Part shown: piece by piece, positions 30,156 to 40,145 of the stretch
Layout: every line of letters begins with the position of its first letter
Position numbering within the stretch: the first letter of the stretch is position 1
Source of the DNA: a virus
Lineage: Duplodnaviria; Caudoviricetes
Strand: one strand, 5' to 3'
Length of the DNA: 64,000 nucleotides
Virus record (IMG/VR): IMGVR_UViG_3300031853_000038
Coordinates: 601-64,600 of that record
Notes under the pieces: generated by a model
Told to the model about the DNA's origin: nothing
Databases searched by the model: none
What the model saw: the letters and a program-made list of their open reading frames with translations, nothing else
Program-made: the position numbers and the translations under genes

Positions 30156-31118
30156 ATGGCTATTACTGCTAATACAATTATTAATGAAGCAAAAAAATTA
30201 GAAGGATATAGAGCGACTTATAATTCTTGTATTCCAAATAATTGGTATTATGGACATAATGTTGGCGGAGGAACTGCTTGGTGTGCAGCTTATGTATGTT
30301 ATGTTTTTAATAAAGCTGGCACAAGCAATCTAATTCCAGTAAAATCTGCTAACTGTGGAGTACTTGCTAGAGGTTTTTATGATAAAGGACAATTAGTAAA
30401 ATCAGGATATAAAGCAGGAGATGTAGTGTTCTTCCATTGGTCAAATGACTCTAGTTCTAGTGTGCCTGGAGTTTATACTTTAGACCACGTTGGAATTATT
30501 ATTTCTAACAATGGTAATGGAACTTATACAACGATTGAAGGTAATACTGGAAATTCAGCTTATGGAGAGTGTTTAATTAGAACTCGTTATGCAAGTCAAA
30601 TTTCTTGTTGTGGTAGACCAAAATATGGAACTTCTACTACTACAAAAAGTTCTACGAGTTCTAAGACCACTACTACCAAAAATACTAATAATTCTAATCC
30701 AAATGTTTACTACAAAGTTCGTACTGCAAAAAGTGGTTGGCTTCCTGAAGTCAAAAATCTTAATGACTATGCTGGTATAGAAAATCAACCTATTACAGAT
30801 GTTGCTATTAAAGTTGATAAAGGTTCCATTTGGTACCAAGTTCATGTAAAAGGTGGAAAATGGTTAGGTAAAATTACTGGTTATAATATTAAAGATTCTC
30901 AAAAGGGTTATGCAGGTAATGGAAAACCTATTGATGCTATTCGTATGGTATATACTTCACCTTCTGGAGTAACTAAAAAAGCGAAATATAAAGTAAGTCC
31001 AACCAATACTTCTGCTTTTTATGATTGGCAAATAAATACAAATACAGATAAAGGACAGGACGGTTATGCTGGTTCTTTTGGTGTTACTCTTGATAAATTA
31101 TATATTAGTTTGGTATAA
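30156..31118 (+). CDS. Endolysin 1: CHAP-type amidase/peptidase + C-terminal W-repeat cell-wall-binding domain
   Basis: AWCAAYV, DHVGII, TIEGNT; Thr/Ser linker; YQVHVKGGKWL..GYAG..PIDAI repeats. Confidence 0.85.
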   Translation: MAITANTIINEAKKLEGYRATYNSCIPNNWYYGHNVGGGTAWCAAYVCYVFNKAGTSNLIPVKSANCGVLARGFYDKGQLVKSGYKAGDVVFFHWSNDSSSSVPGVYTLDHVGIIISNNGNGTYTTIEGNTGNSAYGECLIRTRYASQISCCGRPKYGTSTTTKSSTSSKTTTTKNTNNSNPNVYYKVRTAKSGWLPEVKNLNDYAGIENQPITDVAIKVDKGSIWYQVHVKGGKWLGKITGYNIKDSQKGYAGNGKPIDAIRMVYTSPSGVTKKAKYKVSPTNTSAFYDWQINTNTDKGQDGYAGSFGVTLDKLYISLV

Positions 31119-31129
31119 GGAGTGATATT

Positions 31130-32311
31130 ATGGCAAGTATTGTAAATACTAAGGGTGTTGATATTTCTTATTGGAATGGAAATATTGACTTATCAAAAGT
31201 TAAAAAAGCAGGATATTCTTGGGTAATGATACGTTGTGGGTGGGGTAATGACTCCACCTCCAACGATGATAGTAAATTTGCAGCTAACGTAGAAAAAGCA
31301 GAAAAATTAGGAATGCCTTGGGGAGTATATTTATTCTCATATGCTTGCTCTACCGCAGAGGCTAAAAGTGAATTAGCTCATATTGATAGATTATTAAAAG
31401 CTCAAAAGAAAAAAGGTTATTTACCAACTTTACCAATAGCTATTGACATAGAACCTACAGATACAGTAAAGAAAAAAGGTGGTTGGACTTCTTCTAATTT
31501 AACCAATGTTGCTATAATTATTCTTGATGGTTTAAAAAATCTTGGGTATTATCCTATTATTTATACTGGATATGAAGAATTAGCAATGATGAATAATCAT
31601 ATTAGAAATGACTATGATTGTTGGTTTGCACAATGGAGCAGCAAGCCAAGTGCTTATAAGTATAATAGACTTGGAATGTGGCAATATGGCGGAGAAACTA
31701 ATATTATTGAAAGTAATAGTATTTCTGGTGTAGGAGTTATAGATAAAGATATAGCATATAAAGATTATCCTTCAATAATTAAAAAAGGCGGATATAATGG
31801 ATGGAAAAAAACTTCTGGAACTACTACAACCACTACAAAAACCAATACAGAAGTAACAACTCCTTCAATTAGCATTCAAGGTGTAACTGCTGATAAGCAA
31901 TTAGGAATAATTAAAGATGGCTCCACATATGCGGGTGTTTTAGGCAAAAATTTAGTAGCTATTGCTGCAAAAGTTACTAAAGGAACTATTGAATATAGTG
32001 TCCATATTAAAGGCGGAAAATGGTTAGATAAAGTTACTGGTTTTAACTTTAAAGACTATGAGAACGGATATGCAGGAAGTGGGAACCCAGCAACAAAAGG
32101 AAAGGCAATAGATGCGGTAAAAATGTATTATAAAACTCCATCAGATGTAGCTAAGAAATATGGGTATTATAAAGTAGCCTATAGAGTTCATATTAAGGGC
32201 GGAAAATGGTTAGATTGGCAATATGATACAGAAACCACCAAAGGACAAGATGGTTATGCTGGTATATATGGAAAAACCATTGATGCTATAGAAGTAAAAT
32301 TAGTAAAATAA
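31130..32311 (+). CDS. Endolysin 2: GH25 muramidase + related C-terminal binding domain
   Basis: KGVDISYWNG, IAIDIE, WFAQW, MWQYG; Thr linker; YRVHIKGGKWL..GYAG..IDAI. Confidence 0.9.
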   Translation: MASIVNTKGVDISYWNGNIDLSKVKKAGYSWVMIRCGWGNDSTSNDDSKFAANVEKAEKLGMPWGVYLFSYACSTAEAKSELAHIDRLLKAQKKKGYLPTLPIAIDIEPTDTVKKKGGWTSSNLTNVAIIILDGLKNLGYYPIIYTGYEELAMMNNHIRNDYDCWFAQWSSKPSAYKYNRLGMWQYGGETNIIESNSISGVGVIDKDIAYKDYPSIIKKGGYNGWKKTSGTTTTTTKTNTEVTTPSISIQGVTADKQLGIIKDGSTYAGVLGKNLVAIAAKVTKGTIEYSVHIKGGKWLDKVTGFNFKDYENGYAGSGNPATKGKAIDAVKMYYKTPSDVAKKYGYYKVAYRVHIKGGKWLDWQYDTETTKGQDGYAGIYGKTIDAIEVKLVK

Positions 32312-32338
32312 AAAGAGAGGCTTGACCTCTCTTTTTTT
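32311..32338. terminator. Bidirectional terminator between converging lysis and repair operons
   Basis: A-run + GAGAGG-cttga-CCTCTC + T-run. Confidence 0.8.
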
Positions 32339-33392
32339 ATTCCCACTTTTTTATTTTAGGGGCTTTATTACTTTTTAAATTTCTAATCCAAATTAATAAA
32401 TCTTTAGCTCTGGTCGCGGCAACATAGGCAACTCTTCTTTCTTCATCAGAAAAAGGTTTTACTCCCAAAACTATAACATTTTTATTTTCCAATCCTTTTG
32501 CGGAGTGTATAGTAAGAACTTTTACAGTATTTTCTTTTATCTTCCTTCTTAATTCGTCGGTACTTAAATCACCTTTTTTAAATGAATCCCAAGGTATATC
32601 ATTCTCACTTAATATATCTCCTACAAAATCTATTTGACTGTTTGTTCGAGTTAATATAAACCAATCTCCATATGAGTCATTTGATTTAATTGCATCAATA
32701 ATAAAAGATTTATTAAAATTTTTTAATCGAATAACCTCTCCGCTATTGTTCATACATATAGCTCGTTTATATATTTTATCTTCTACCAAATCCATAAAAT
32801 CACTAGCAAATTCAACTATTTCCGCGCCAGACCGATAATTTGTAGTCATCATATAAACTTTTGTCTTTTCGTCTCTTGCCATATTTAAGAAAATAGAAAC
32901 ATCAGCTGATCTGAATGAGAAGATATTTTGATAGTCATCTCCAACAACCATAATATTGGAAGGATTTAGTAATTGAAAAAATTCATTTTCTTTTTGACTA
33001 ATATCTTGAAACTCATCAACAAGTAAATGTTCTACAAAGGGAAAAGTTATATCATTATTTTTAATCAATTCAAAAAATTCATCAAAATCTTCGTCTTCTA
33101 TATATTTTACTGTACTAATTCCATTACTTAATAAAATCTTATTAGCAAAGCCGTGAATTGTTCCTATATACGCATTACCGATTATGTTCCCTAATCTTTC
33201 TTTCATTTCATCGGCGGCAGCGTTCGTAAAAGTAATTGCTACAATTCCATCAGTTTTAACTCCATCTTCGATTAATCTTTTAATTCTTTCTGTTAAAACT
33301 CTTGTCTTTCCTGAACCGCTGCCAGCAATTACTAAGATTTGTGATTCATTTGAGTTTACTATTTCTTTTTGTACTTTATCTAGTTCAATCAT
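32337..33392 (-). CDS. Compact UvrD/Rep-like SF1 helicase
   Basis: AGSGSGKT, TFTNAAA, DEFQD, GDDYQ, NYRS, TIHSAKGLE, YVAATRAK; 1B/2B domains largely absent. Confidence 0.9.
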   Translation of the reverse strand: MIELDKVQKEIVNSNESQILVIAGSGSGKTRVLTERIKRLIEDGVKTDGIVAITFTNAAADEMKERLGNIIGNAYIGTIHGFANKILLSNGISTVKYIEDEDFDEFFELIKNNDITFPFVEHLLVDEFQDISQKENEFFQLLNPSNIMVVGDDYQNIFSFRSADVSIFLNMARDEKTKVYMMTTNYRSGAEIVEFASDFMDLVEDKIYKRAICMNNSGEVIRLKNFNKSFIIDAIKSNDSYGDWFILTRTNSQIDFVGDILSENDIPWDSFKKGDLSTDELRRKIKENTVKVLTIHSAKGLENKNVIVLGVKPFSDEERRVAYVAATRAKDLLIWIRNLKSNKAPKIKKWE

Positions 33393-33457
33393 TTTATCGC
33401 ACCCTTTTAAATTTATATCTTTTACCTATTATATTATAGAATAAAAAGAGGAAGAAA

Positions 33458-33928
33458 TCAAATTTCTTCCTCTTCTTCTACATTTGAAATAATTTCCCAT
33501 CGTTGCATTCGTTCATAATATTTATCAATGTAATGGTTACCATTAAGTTTTTTATAATCTTTATAAGTATCCTCTAACTTTTCATGTTCATATAGTGGGA
33601 TTTGTTGGGTTTTTTTGTATTTTTGATAAATAGCCATAATTTGATACCTTAAGGTATCACGAATGCCATAGAGGAGATTCTCAATTGTTTCATTTTGTTT
33701 CAAATTAATACTCTTAATTTCTTGGAGTTCTTTCTGCATTTCTAACATATATTTTTCAAAATATTGTGGAAGTAATTCGTCTAAATCTCTCTTAATTAAT
33801 TTTTTTCTTTTACCTTTAAAAAAGTTAAACTGAATACCACTAAATTTTCCAATAGTTAGAATAGCCCCAACAACACCTCCAATCAAAATAATAATATTAC
33901 AGATTGTTTGTATAACCATTGGACTCAC
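33458..33928 (-). CDS. Hypothetical protein with N-terminal TM helix
   Basis: Hydrophobic N-terminus followed by a coiled-coil-like region. Confidence 0.5.
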   Translation of the reverse strand: MSPMVIQTICNIIILIGGVVGAILTIGKFSGIQFNFFKGKRKKLIKRDLDELLPQYFEKYMLEMQKELQEIKSINLKQNETIENLLYGIRDTLRYQIMAIYQKYKKTQQIPLYEHEKLEDTYKDYKKLNGNHYIDKYYERMQRWEIISNVEEEEEI

Positions 33929-33967
33929 CTCACTATAATGAAGTGAGTTTTTTTGACAATTAGTCTA

Positions 33968-34372
33968 CTATTTTGGAATTAACTTATCATTATGGTACTG
34001 GCTTTTTACTATAAAATCTTCATTATCTAATATATCTTCAAGTTTATTAATATTATCTATCTCCCAATATGGAACGCGATATAAGGTTATATTGTGAGCA
34101 AGACAATAAGCGTTCTTTCTTCTATCTCTTCCAAGCGCGTTTAGATATTTTGTATTGTTCTTATGAAAATACTTTATTCGTTGGAAGTGCGCCTCGCCAT
34201 CATATTCTATTAATATAAATTGTTTCCAGTTATCACTGTATATGGCAAAATCAAAACGATAAGGTTTACCTTTACTTGACTTTAAATCTGGAAAGGTTTT
34301 TTCTATTGTAAAATTTACTCCTTCTTCTTGGATAAGTCGCTGTATTTTTTCAGCGCCTTTACTTAATTTCAC
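33968..34372 (-). CDS. DUF559/Vsr-like PD-(D/E)xK endonuclease
   Basis: RFDFAI...LIEYDGEAH...RDRRKNAYC..HNITLYRVPYW. Confidence 0.7.
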   Translation of the reverse strand: MKLSKGAEKIQRLIQEEGVNFTIEKTFPDLKSSKGKPYRFDFAIYSDNWKQFILIEYDGEAHFQRIKYFHKNNTKYLNALGRDRRKNAYCLAHNITLYRVPYWEIDNINKLEDILDNEDFIVKSQYHNDKLIPK

Positions 34373-35520
34373 ACCCCGTCACCCCAAATTTTTTCATAAT
34401 TACAATCAATTAATTTAAGGTCCGGTCTAAAGTCCACAAGTCTTCCATGACGAAGCGCGCGGTCTTCTGTGAACTCCATTGCAGTTACTTCAATAGGTAA
34501 ATCTTTATATTTATCTATATTTGCTTTAATTTCATCGGATACGCCGCTTAACCAACCAATAGGGAATATTTTTCCTTTTCTAAGAACACCTATCTCAAGG
34601 CTTCCAGCCCAACCATAAAAATAGGGTTTTGTAACTGGTTCAATAGGAGCGCCTTCATAATAATCTTTCCAGTGCTCTCCTTCCAATTTTTTAAGGGTTC
34701 TTACATTTTCCCAGTATTTCCAAGTTTCAATTTCTTTTCCAGAATAAAGTCTAGTAGGTGCGGCAGTCTTACCAGTAAAGAAGCAGTCTATAGTTTGGGA
34801 GATTTCTTTCTTAATCTTTAGCGTTTTTCTGGCGCTGCGCTTACCAGGCTCAGGATAAGTACCTTTTTTAGTAATAACCACTCCTTCACCGCCTTCTTCT
34901 AAAATTTTTTGAAGAACCTCCCAGAGTTTAGCTCCTTCATAATAACGTGCAAAAACAACCTCCGAAAATGGAGATTTTATAATAGTGTTTTTATTTTGAG
35001 TTAAGTATTTAAAGTCTTTATCTATTATAATATTTATATATTTAATACGGTCTTCTATTGGACACTTCAAAAGAGACTTGCCGTTATATGCCCACACATC
35101 AAAAATATAGTAATATAGTTTATTTCCAGTTTCTTGACGTTTAATAGCTTTTTGTTCTAAACAACCCATAATAGTAGTTACATTATGTGAACCTTCGTTA
35201 TTTGGAAAATAAAGCTCTCCAAGTAGACAAGTCCCATTAGGCAAGAGGTCAAAAAACTTCTGTAAATGTGGGACATGACCGATTTTGTTTAAGAAGTTAC
35301 CTTTTACGGATCGGTTTCTACCTTGAAGCGTCATATTACCTTCCATATCTTTAACAAAACGATAATAGGCTCCATCAATTTTTCTAGAACCAATATAATC
35401 TCCGCTAAAAATCATTTGTTTTGTTTCAGCTTTGGGATCTTTTTTATAGCTCTTGGGAAAAGACCAATATTTTTCACTTTCTAGCTCAAAAAAATTTACT
35501 CCATCAATTAAATTACTCAT
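34369..35520 (-). CDS. lig: ATP-dependent DNA ligase
   Basis: KIDG adenylation motif, GELY, FDVW, EGVV, LKIK. Confidence 0.9.
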   Translation of the reverse strand: MSNLIDGVNFFELESEKYWSFPKSYKKDPKAETKQMIFSGDYIGSRKIDGAYYRFVKDMEGNMTLQGRNRSVKGNFLNKIGHVPHLQKFFDLLPNGTCLLGELYFPNNEGSHNVTTIMGCLEQKAIKRQETGNKLYYYIFDVWAYNGKSLLKCPIEDRIKYINIIIDKDFKYLTQNKNTIIKSPFSEVVFARYYEGAKLWEVLQKILEEGGEGVVITKKGTYPEPGKRSARKTLKIKKEISQTIDCFFTGKTAAPTRLYSGKEIETWKYWENVRTLKKLEGEHWKDYYEGAPIEPVTKPYFYGWAGSLEIGVLRKGKIFPIGWLSGVSDEIKANIDKYKDLPIEVTAMEFTEDRALRHGRLVDFRPDLKLIDCNYEKIWGDGV

Positions 35521-35531
35521 TTTACCTCTCC

Positions 35532-36068
35532 TTAAAATTTTACTAAATTATCTACGAACTTCATAGCTTCTTTTTCTAATTCTTCAATGCCCTTATCATT
35601 TTTAATTTCATAAGTATAAGTATAATTTAAAACTTCCTCATCTGCATGGTTGGATTGAGGTAGTTTTTCAATTTCTTCTCGTCTTACAATTAAAGTTTCC
35701 GCCCCAAGAATATCCACAAATTTCTGAATTTCTTTTGGTTCACGGCAATGTATAAAGAAAATAATCTTATCTTCTGGTATTCCAACTTCTCTTGTAAAAT
35801 GAAGATAAGTTTGAGATATTTGATTCCTTACTACTTCAAAAGGAAAATTGTTATATTCAGTACATAAATTTTTTAAATCACTTAAAAATTTTCTGTCTTT
35901 AGATTCCTTTAAGCCATTCCAACCAACTTGTGTTGCTAATTTTTTAATTGCATCAATAGTAGAGATTTTTCCACCCATAATTCCTCTTGATGTCATATAA
36001 TTTAAACATAAATCACAAAATGTATCTTTTCCAGACAAAGGGAAACCGTTAATCACTATTATTTTCAT
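35532..36068 (-). CDS. P-loop nucleotide (dNMP-like) kinase
   Basis: GFPLSGKDT Walker A; CREPKE. Confidence 0.7.
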   Translation of the reverse strand: MKIIVINGFPLSGKDTFCDLCLNYMTSRGIMGGKISTIDAIKKLATQVGWNGLKESKDRKFLSDLKNLCTEYNNFPFEVVRNQISQTYLHFTREVGIPEDKIIFFIHCREPKEIQKFVDILGAETLIVRREEIEKLPQSNHADEEVLNYTYTYEIKNDKGIEELEKEAMKFVDNLVKF

Positions 36069-36544
36069 AAGTATTCCTCCGCAAATCTCGCTCCTCTATT
36101 AGCCAGTTCATCAGCTATTTCATTATATTTATGACCAGAATGACCTTTAACTTTTTTAAATAAAAAATTTTCATTCTCAAAATAAGGAATTAATTTTTCC
36201 CATAAATCTTTATTCTTTACTGGTTCTTTTTTAGAATTAACCCAACCATTTATTACCCATTTTTTCCACCAACCTTGAGATATACAGCTGTGTATATAAG
36301 CAGAATCGGTATAAATAATACAATGATCGTCCTTATTAAATGTAAGTAAAAGATTTTCGTAACTTTTACAGGCTTCAATGACAGCTGTCATTTCCATCCT
36401 ATTGTTGGTTGTATTTTTTTCTCCGCTATATACTTGATAAGGTTCTTTTTCGTCTTTATTAATAATAGCTACGAAACCCCAACCGCCGCAAGCGTCATTT
36501 TTACCATTACCTTTACAGCTTCCATCAGTATAAATTTCAATCAT
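36065..36544 (-). CDS. rnhA: Ribonuclease HI
   Basis: YTDGSC, TTNNRME, TDSAY, VKNKDLW, KVKGH, NEIADELA. Confidence 0.95.
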   Translation of the reverse strand: MIEIYTDGSCKGNGKNDACGGWGFVAIINKDEKEPYQVYSGEKNTTNNRMEMTAVIEACKSYENLLLTFNKDDHCIIYTDSAYIHSCISQGWWKKWVINGWVNSKKEPVKNKDLWEKLIPYFENENFLFKKVKGHSGHKYNEIADELANRGARFAEEYL

Positions 36545-36962
36545 TTACTTCTACTCCTTTCTTATAATAACTATCATAAATTTCCTCATACATATTAAAA
36601 GGAAAATTAAATTCTTTTTGAACGAATTCTAAGTTCTCAACAATATCTCCATTTTCATCTTCTTTTTTAGCTTTCTTTATTTTAACAGAAGATTTTCTTA
36701 ATTTTATTTTTAATTTCATATATTGTATAAATGAATTTAAATTATAAATAGATATTAATATAGGTAAATCATCTTCTTCTTTATTAAACATACTTATTAT
36801 TTTGATTATTTCTACTATTAATAAATCTGTCTTATCTTTTATATTAAAATTTGGAATATAATAACCACGTCTTTTATTATGTTTAGCCATACTTTTAGTA
36901 TTTATAATAAGACAATTTAAAATTTTATCATAAAAATTATATAAAACTTCTTTATTTTCCAT
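36537..36962 (-). CDS. Hypothetical protein
   Basis: ORF track; first gene after a - strand promoter. Confidence 0.5.
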   Translation of the reverse strand: MENKEVLYNFYDKILNCLIINTKSMAKHNKRRGYYIPNFNIKDKTDLLIVEIIKIISMFNKEEDDLPILISIYNLNSFIQYMKLKIKLRKSSVKIKKAKKEDENGDIVENLEFVQKEFNFPFNMYEEIYDSYYKKGVEVND

Positions 36963-36996
36963 ATAAATATTACTCCTTATTATTTTTTCTATAATA

Positions 36997-37076
36997 ATTA
37001 TAATACTTTTTTAGAGAGAAATCAAATTATTTTTAATTTCTTAAAAATTTGATTTTTTAGTGAAATATGATATAAT
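36997..37076. promoter_or_regulatory. Divergent sigma70/sigmaA-type promoters
   Basis: - strand TTGATT-17-TATAAT (37025-36997); + strand TTGATT-16-TATAAT (37049-37076). Confidence 0.65.
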
Positions 37077-37177
37077 ATATTTTTATATATAAATATAAAT
37101 GAAAAGGGAAAATTTGATAAAAAGACAAAAAAGGACTATAATTTTTATAGAAATTCAGAAAGAGAGAGGTAATAAAT

Positions 37178-38680
37178 ATGAATTTTAGTGAAGTTATAAA
37201 AGAAAATGCAACAAGAAAGTACACCGAAAATGGTGCGAGAGCTTATAACACAACAGGCGACAAGTTACTTGACTTGTTTTCAACTGTTGGTTCATTAAGA
37301 ACTCGCTCAGAAGAGGAAATAAGAGAGAAGTACAGATTGGCTTTCAATGAAGATCAGCTGCTTGCTACAAAATTACTATTCTATACAGGTAATATCCGTG
37401 GTGGTCTTGGCGAGAGAAGAACTTTCAGAATTTGTCTGAAGTGGCTTGCACAGGAGCATCCTGAGATTGCGGTAAAGAACATTCCTTTGGTTGCGGCGTT
37501 TAACCGTTGGGACTCACTTTTTGAGCTTATCGGCACTGATGTAGAAAACGCAATGTGGGCATATATTGCTGAAACTTTTGCAAATGATATTTCAAATCTT
37601 ACGGTGGCGAAAGTTACAAGAGCAGAGCCTCACATTTCTTTGCTTGCGAAGTGGCTTCCTTCAGAGAACGCTTCTTCAAAGAAGACTCGTAAACTTGCAA
37701 AAACTGTAATTAATAAACTTAGACTATCTCCTAAGCAGTATCGTCAAATTCTTTCTGCACTTCGCGCGCAGCTCAAAGTTGTAGAAAAGAGTATGAGTGC
37801 AAGGGAGTGGGATCAAATTGTTTACAGCGGAGTTCCTTCTTACGCTATGAAGAACTACAGAAACGCTTTTGAGCGTCATGACTCAGAACGTTTCAAGGAA
37901 TTTATTGGTGCGGTAAAGAAGGGAGAAAAGAAGATTAATGCTTCTACACTTTTCCCTTACGACCTTATTCACCAATATACAAGTTGCTCAAGCTGGGATT
38001 TCAATGTAGCAAACTACGATGAAGTTCTGGAGCAGCAATGGAAGGCTCTTCCTAATTACGTAGATGAAGGTACTGAAGTACTTGTAATGGCAGATACGTC
38101 TGGCTCAATGTTCTACGGAGATACTCGTCCTATGGAAACTTCTGTAGGTTTGGCTATTTACTTCGCACAACGTAATAAAGGAATGTATCACAATACATTT
38201 ATGACATTCAGTAGCACTCCTGCTTACTACTCAATCGATGAAGGAGCTTCTTTGAGAGATTGTATCCGGAAGGTAAGCCGTGGTCCTTGGACAGGTTCAA
38301 CAAACCTTACTGGGGCTATGAGAAAGATTCTCCACGACGCAGTTAGCAACTCTGTAGCTCCTGAGGAAATGCCTAAGGCGTTGGTAGTTATTTCTGATAT
38401 GGAAATCGATGCGGCGCAGCGTTGGGGCTCAGACAAGTGGGATTATGCAGATGCTCTTGCAGAGGAGTTCGAGAGAGCGGGCTACACAATGCCTAAGTTG
38501 ATTTTCTGGAATGTAAATTCAAGAAATGACACTTTCCTTACTAAGAACAAGAATACTCTTCTTGTTAGTGGACAGTCACCTTCTACTTTTAGAAGTGTGT
38601 TGAAGTCTATTAATAAGACAGCGTATGAAGCTATGCTGGAAGTATTGAATGATCCTATGTATGATTGCGTAAGAGTTTAA
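37178..38680 (+). CDS. DUF2828-type TROVE/Ro60-like protein with C-terminal vWA domain
   Basis: TENGARAYNTTGD.LLDLF, RGGLGERR, RWDSL, AKWLPSE, vWA DTSGSM, STNL, ISDMEID, FWNV; GC-richer codon usage than its neighbours. Confidence 0.8.
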   Translation: MNFSEVIKENATRKYTENGARAYNTTGDKLLDLFSTVGSLRTRSEEEIREKYRLAFNEDQLLATKLLFYTGNIRGGLGERRTFRICLKWLAQEHPEIAVKNIPLVAAFNRWDSLFELIGTDVENAMWAYIAETFANDISNLTVAKVTRAEPHISLLAKWLPSENASSKKTRKLAKTVINKLRLSPKQYRQILSALRAQLKVVEKSMSAREWDQIVYSGVPSYAMKNYRNAFERHDSERFKEFIGAVKKGEKKINASTLFPYDLIHQYTSCSSWDFNVANYDEVLEQQWKALPNYVDEGTEVLVMADTSGSMFYGDTRPMETSVGLAIYFAQRNKGMYHNTFMTFSSTPAYYSIDEGASLRDCIRKVSRGPWTGSTNLTGAMRKILHDAVSNSVAPEEMPKALVVISDMEIDAAQRWGSDKWDYADALAEEFERAGYTMPKLIFWNVNSRNDTFLTKNKNTLLVSGQSPSTFRSVLKSINKTAYEAMLEVLNDPMYDCVRV

Positions 38681-38690
38681 CTTAATATTG

Positions 38691-38711
38691 AAGCGGAGTT
38701 TATCTCCGCTT
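38691..38711 (+). terminator. Terminator after the DUF2828 gene
   Basis: AAGCGGAG-tttat-CTCCGCTT. Confidence 0.6.
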
Positions 38712-38730
38712 TAAATTAAGGAGTCATAAA

Positions 38731-38886
38731 ATGAAATTGATAAATAAAGTAGTTTTAGATGATAATGGAAACTATTACGAAATCTACGAATTTGAGAGCG
38801 AAAAAGAAAAAGAAGAATTTATGAAAAAGAGAGAAAGGCATAAAGAAATAAGAGAAAAGCTAAAAAAAAAGAAGAAGGATATTTAA
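38731..38886 (+). CDS. Small charged hypothetical protein (51 aa)
   Basis: ATG after AAGGAG; MKLINKVVLDDNGNYYEIYEF...KKKKKDI. Confidence 0.45.
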   Translation: MKLINKVVLDDNGNYYEIYEFESEKEKEEFMKKRERHKEIREKLKKKKKDI

Positions 38887-38970
38887 CTGAGGAAGAAGAA
38901 ATCGAATATAATAAGATATTGGATAGCTTATATAAACCTACAGGAATTAATATCTTTGATTTATGCTAAT

Positions 38971-39020
38971 TTGACTTTTTTATAAAATTTTTCTATAATA
39001 TATATAGAAAAAGAAAAGAA
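38971..39020 (+). promoter_or_regulatory. Member of a repeated phage early promoter family (TTGA(C/T)T-17-TATAAT-ATATATAGAAAA)
   Basis: About 14 copies: + at 38971, 44226, 44415, 48581, 52779, 54479, 60948, 62036; - at 7513, 13652, 16060, 22221, 33461, 37025. Confidence 0.85.
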
Positions 39021-39032
39021 AAGAGGAATAAA

Positions 39033-39335
39033 ATGGCTCGCACAATTACAAATGATCAGATAATTGAGATGAATGAGTTATATCTTAAAATCAAAACATA
39101 TGCTGGTGTGAGCCGTGCAATGGGTGGTTCACCATCTCCTACAACTGTTAAAAAGTATATAATTCCGAACTATATTTCAAAAGAAAATAGAAAAATGAAA
39201 GTATTTCATAAAGACGATTTGCCAGAGTTCGCCACGGAAATTTTCGATGGAGTAGATAATTGGGGCGATTTATGTTTGCTTTCTAAAGATGAACAAGAAG
39301 GAATAAAAGAATTTTGGAATGAACTTACAATGTAG
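39033..39335 (+). CDS. Hypothetical protein with HTH-like N-terminus
   Basis: TYAGVSRAMGGSPSPTTVKKY. Confidence 0.55.
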   Translation: MARTITNDQIIEMNELYLKIKTYAGVSRAMGGSPSPTTVKKYIIPNYISKENRKMKVFHKDDLPEFATEIFDGVDNWGDLCLLSKDEQEGIKEFWNELTM

Positions 39336-39343
39336 AAAGGATT

Positions 39344-39649
39344 TTGAAAATGGTATATTTTCTTTTTGATGAAAGTCCTATACAGGTTGGTAAATATTTA
39401 ATAAGACCGAACTACCCATTACTTCCTTTAAAAGGTACGAAGGGAAGTTATGGAATACTTGAGGCTCGAATTATGAATCTTCCTTACGCAGACTATTTGA
39501 GAATGTGTAGAGATTTGTATGGAGCAGAAGTTATTGGTAAAAATCATATGTATCCAGTAGCTTACTTTCAAGATAAAAAGAAAGCTCAGCCATTAATTGA
39601 TGAGCTTAATAAAAGAGCAAAAATATTATTAAATAAAAGAAAGAGGTAA
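39344..39649 (+). CDS. Hypothetical protein
   Basis: ORF track, operon context. Confidence 0.55.
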   Translation: MKMVYFLFDESPIQVGKYLIRPNYPLLPLKGTKGSYGILEARIMNLPYADYLRMCRDLYGAEVIGKNHMYPVAYFQDKKKAQPLIDELNKRAKILLNKRKR

Positions 39650-39654
39650 TTTAA

Positions 39655-40080
39655 ATGGTAAAATTTTTAGACAAAAGTGCAGTAGATTTTATTGTCAAGC
39701 TAAATGACGGCGTGGTCGTAGCGAGGTTTGCAAATCCCGAGGAACTATCTTATAGAATTGTAGAAAAGGTTATAAGTCCAAAAGCAGAATTCTACATTTC
39801 TCCGAAGGACGTTGAATCACTAATTGAAAGAATGTCTACCGTGCGCGGAGTGGCAAAATGTGCGCCAGAGGATACTTTTGACGTTAAGACTGGTAAGAGA
39901 ATTGCACTATCTCATTTGAGATATAAGACAATTAGGTCAATTTCAAAGCTAGTTTTGAGGCGCATTGAAGCCATTCATAAGGAGTATGATAGACTTACAG
40001 TGATGGTTGACGATGGAGTCAAATTCTTGGAAGTTGAAAATGATAGGCTGAAGAAAATCTACGAAGAAATTGATAATTAA
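39655..40080 (+). CDS. Hypothetical protein (GVAKCAPEDTFD...GKRIA family common in phages)
   Basis: Motif recalled from phage hypotheticals; followed by a terminator at about 40097-40133. Confidence 0.55.
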   Translation: MVKFLDKSAVDFIVKLNDGVVVARFANPEELSYRIVEKVISPKAEFYISPKDVESLIERMSTVRGVAKCAPEDTFDVKTGKRIALSHLRYKTIRSISKLVLRRIEAIHKEYDRLTVMVDDGVKFLEVENDRLKKIYEEIDN

Positions 40081-40145
40081 ATAAATGTACAAAGCGGTCT
40101 TTCTCTTTACTTTTTAAAGAGAAAGATTTTTTTGGGTGGTACAAT

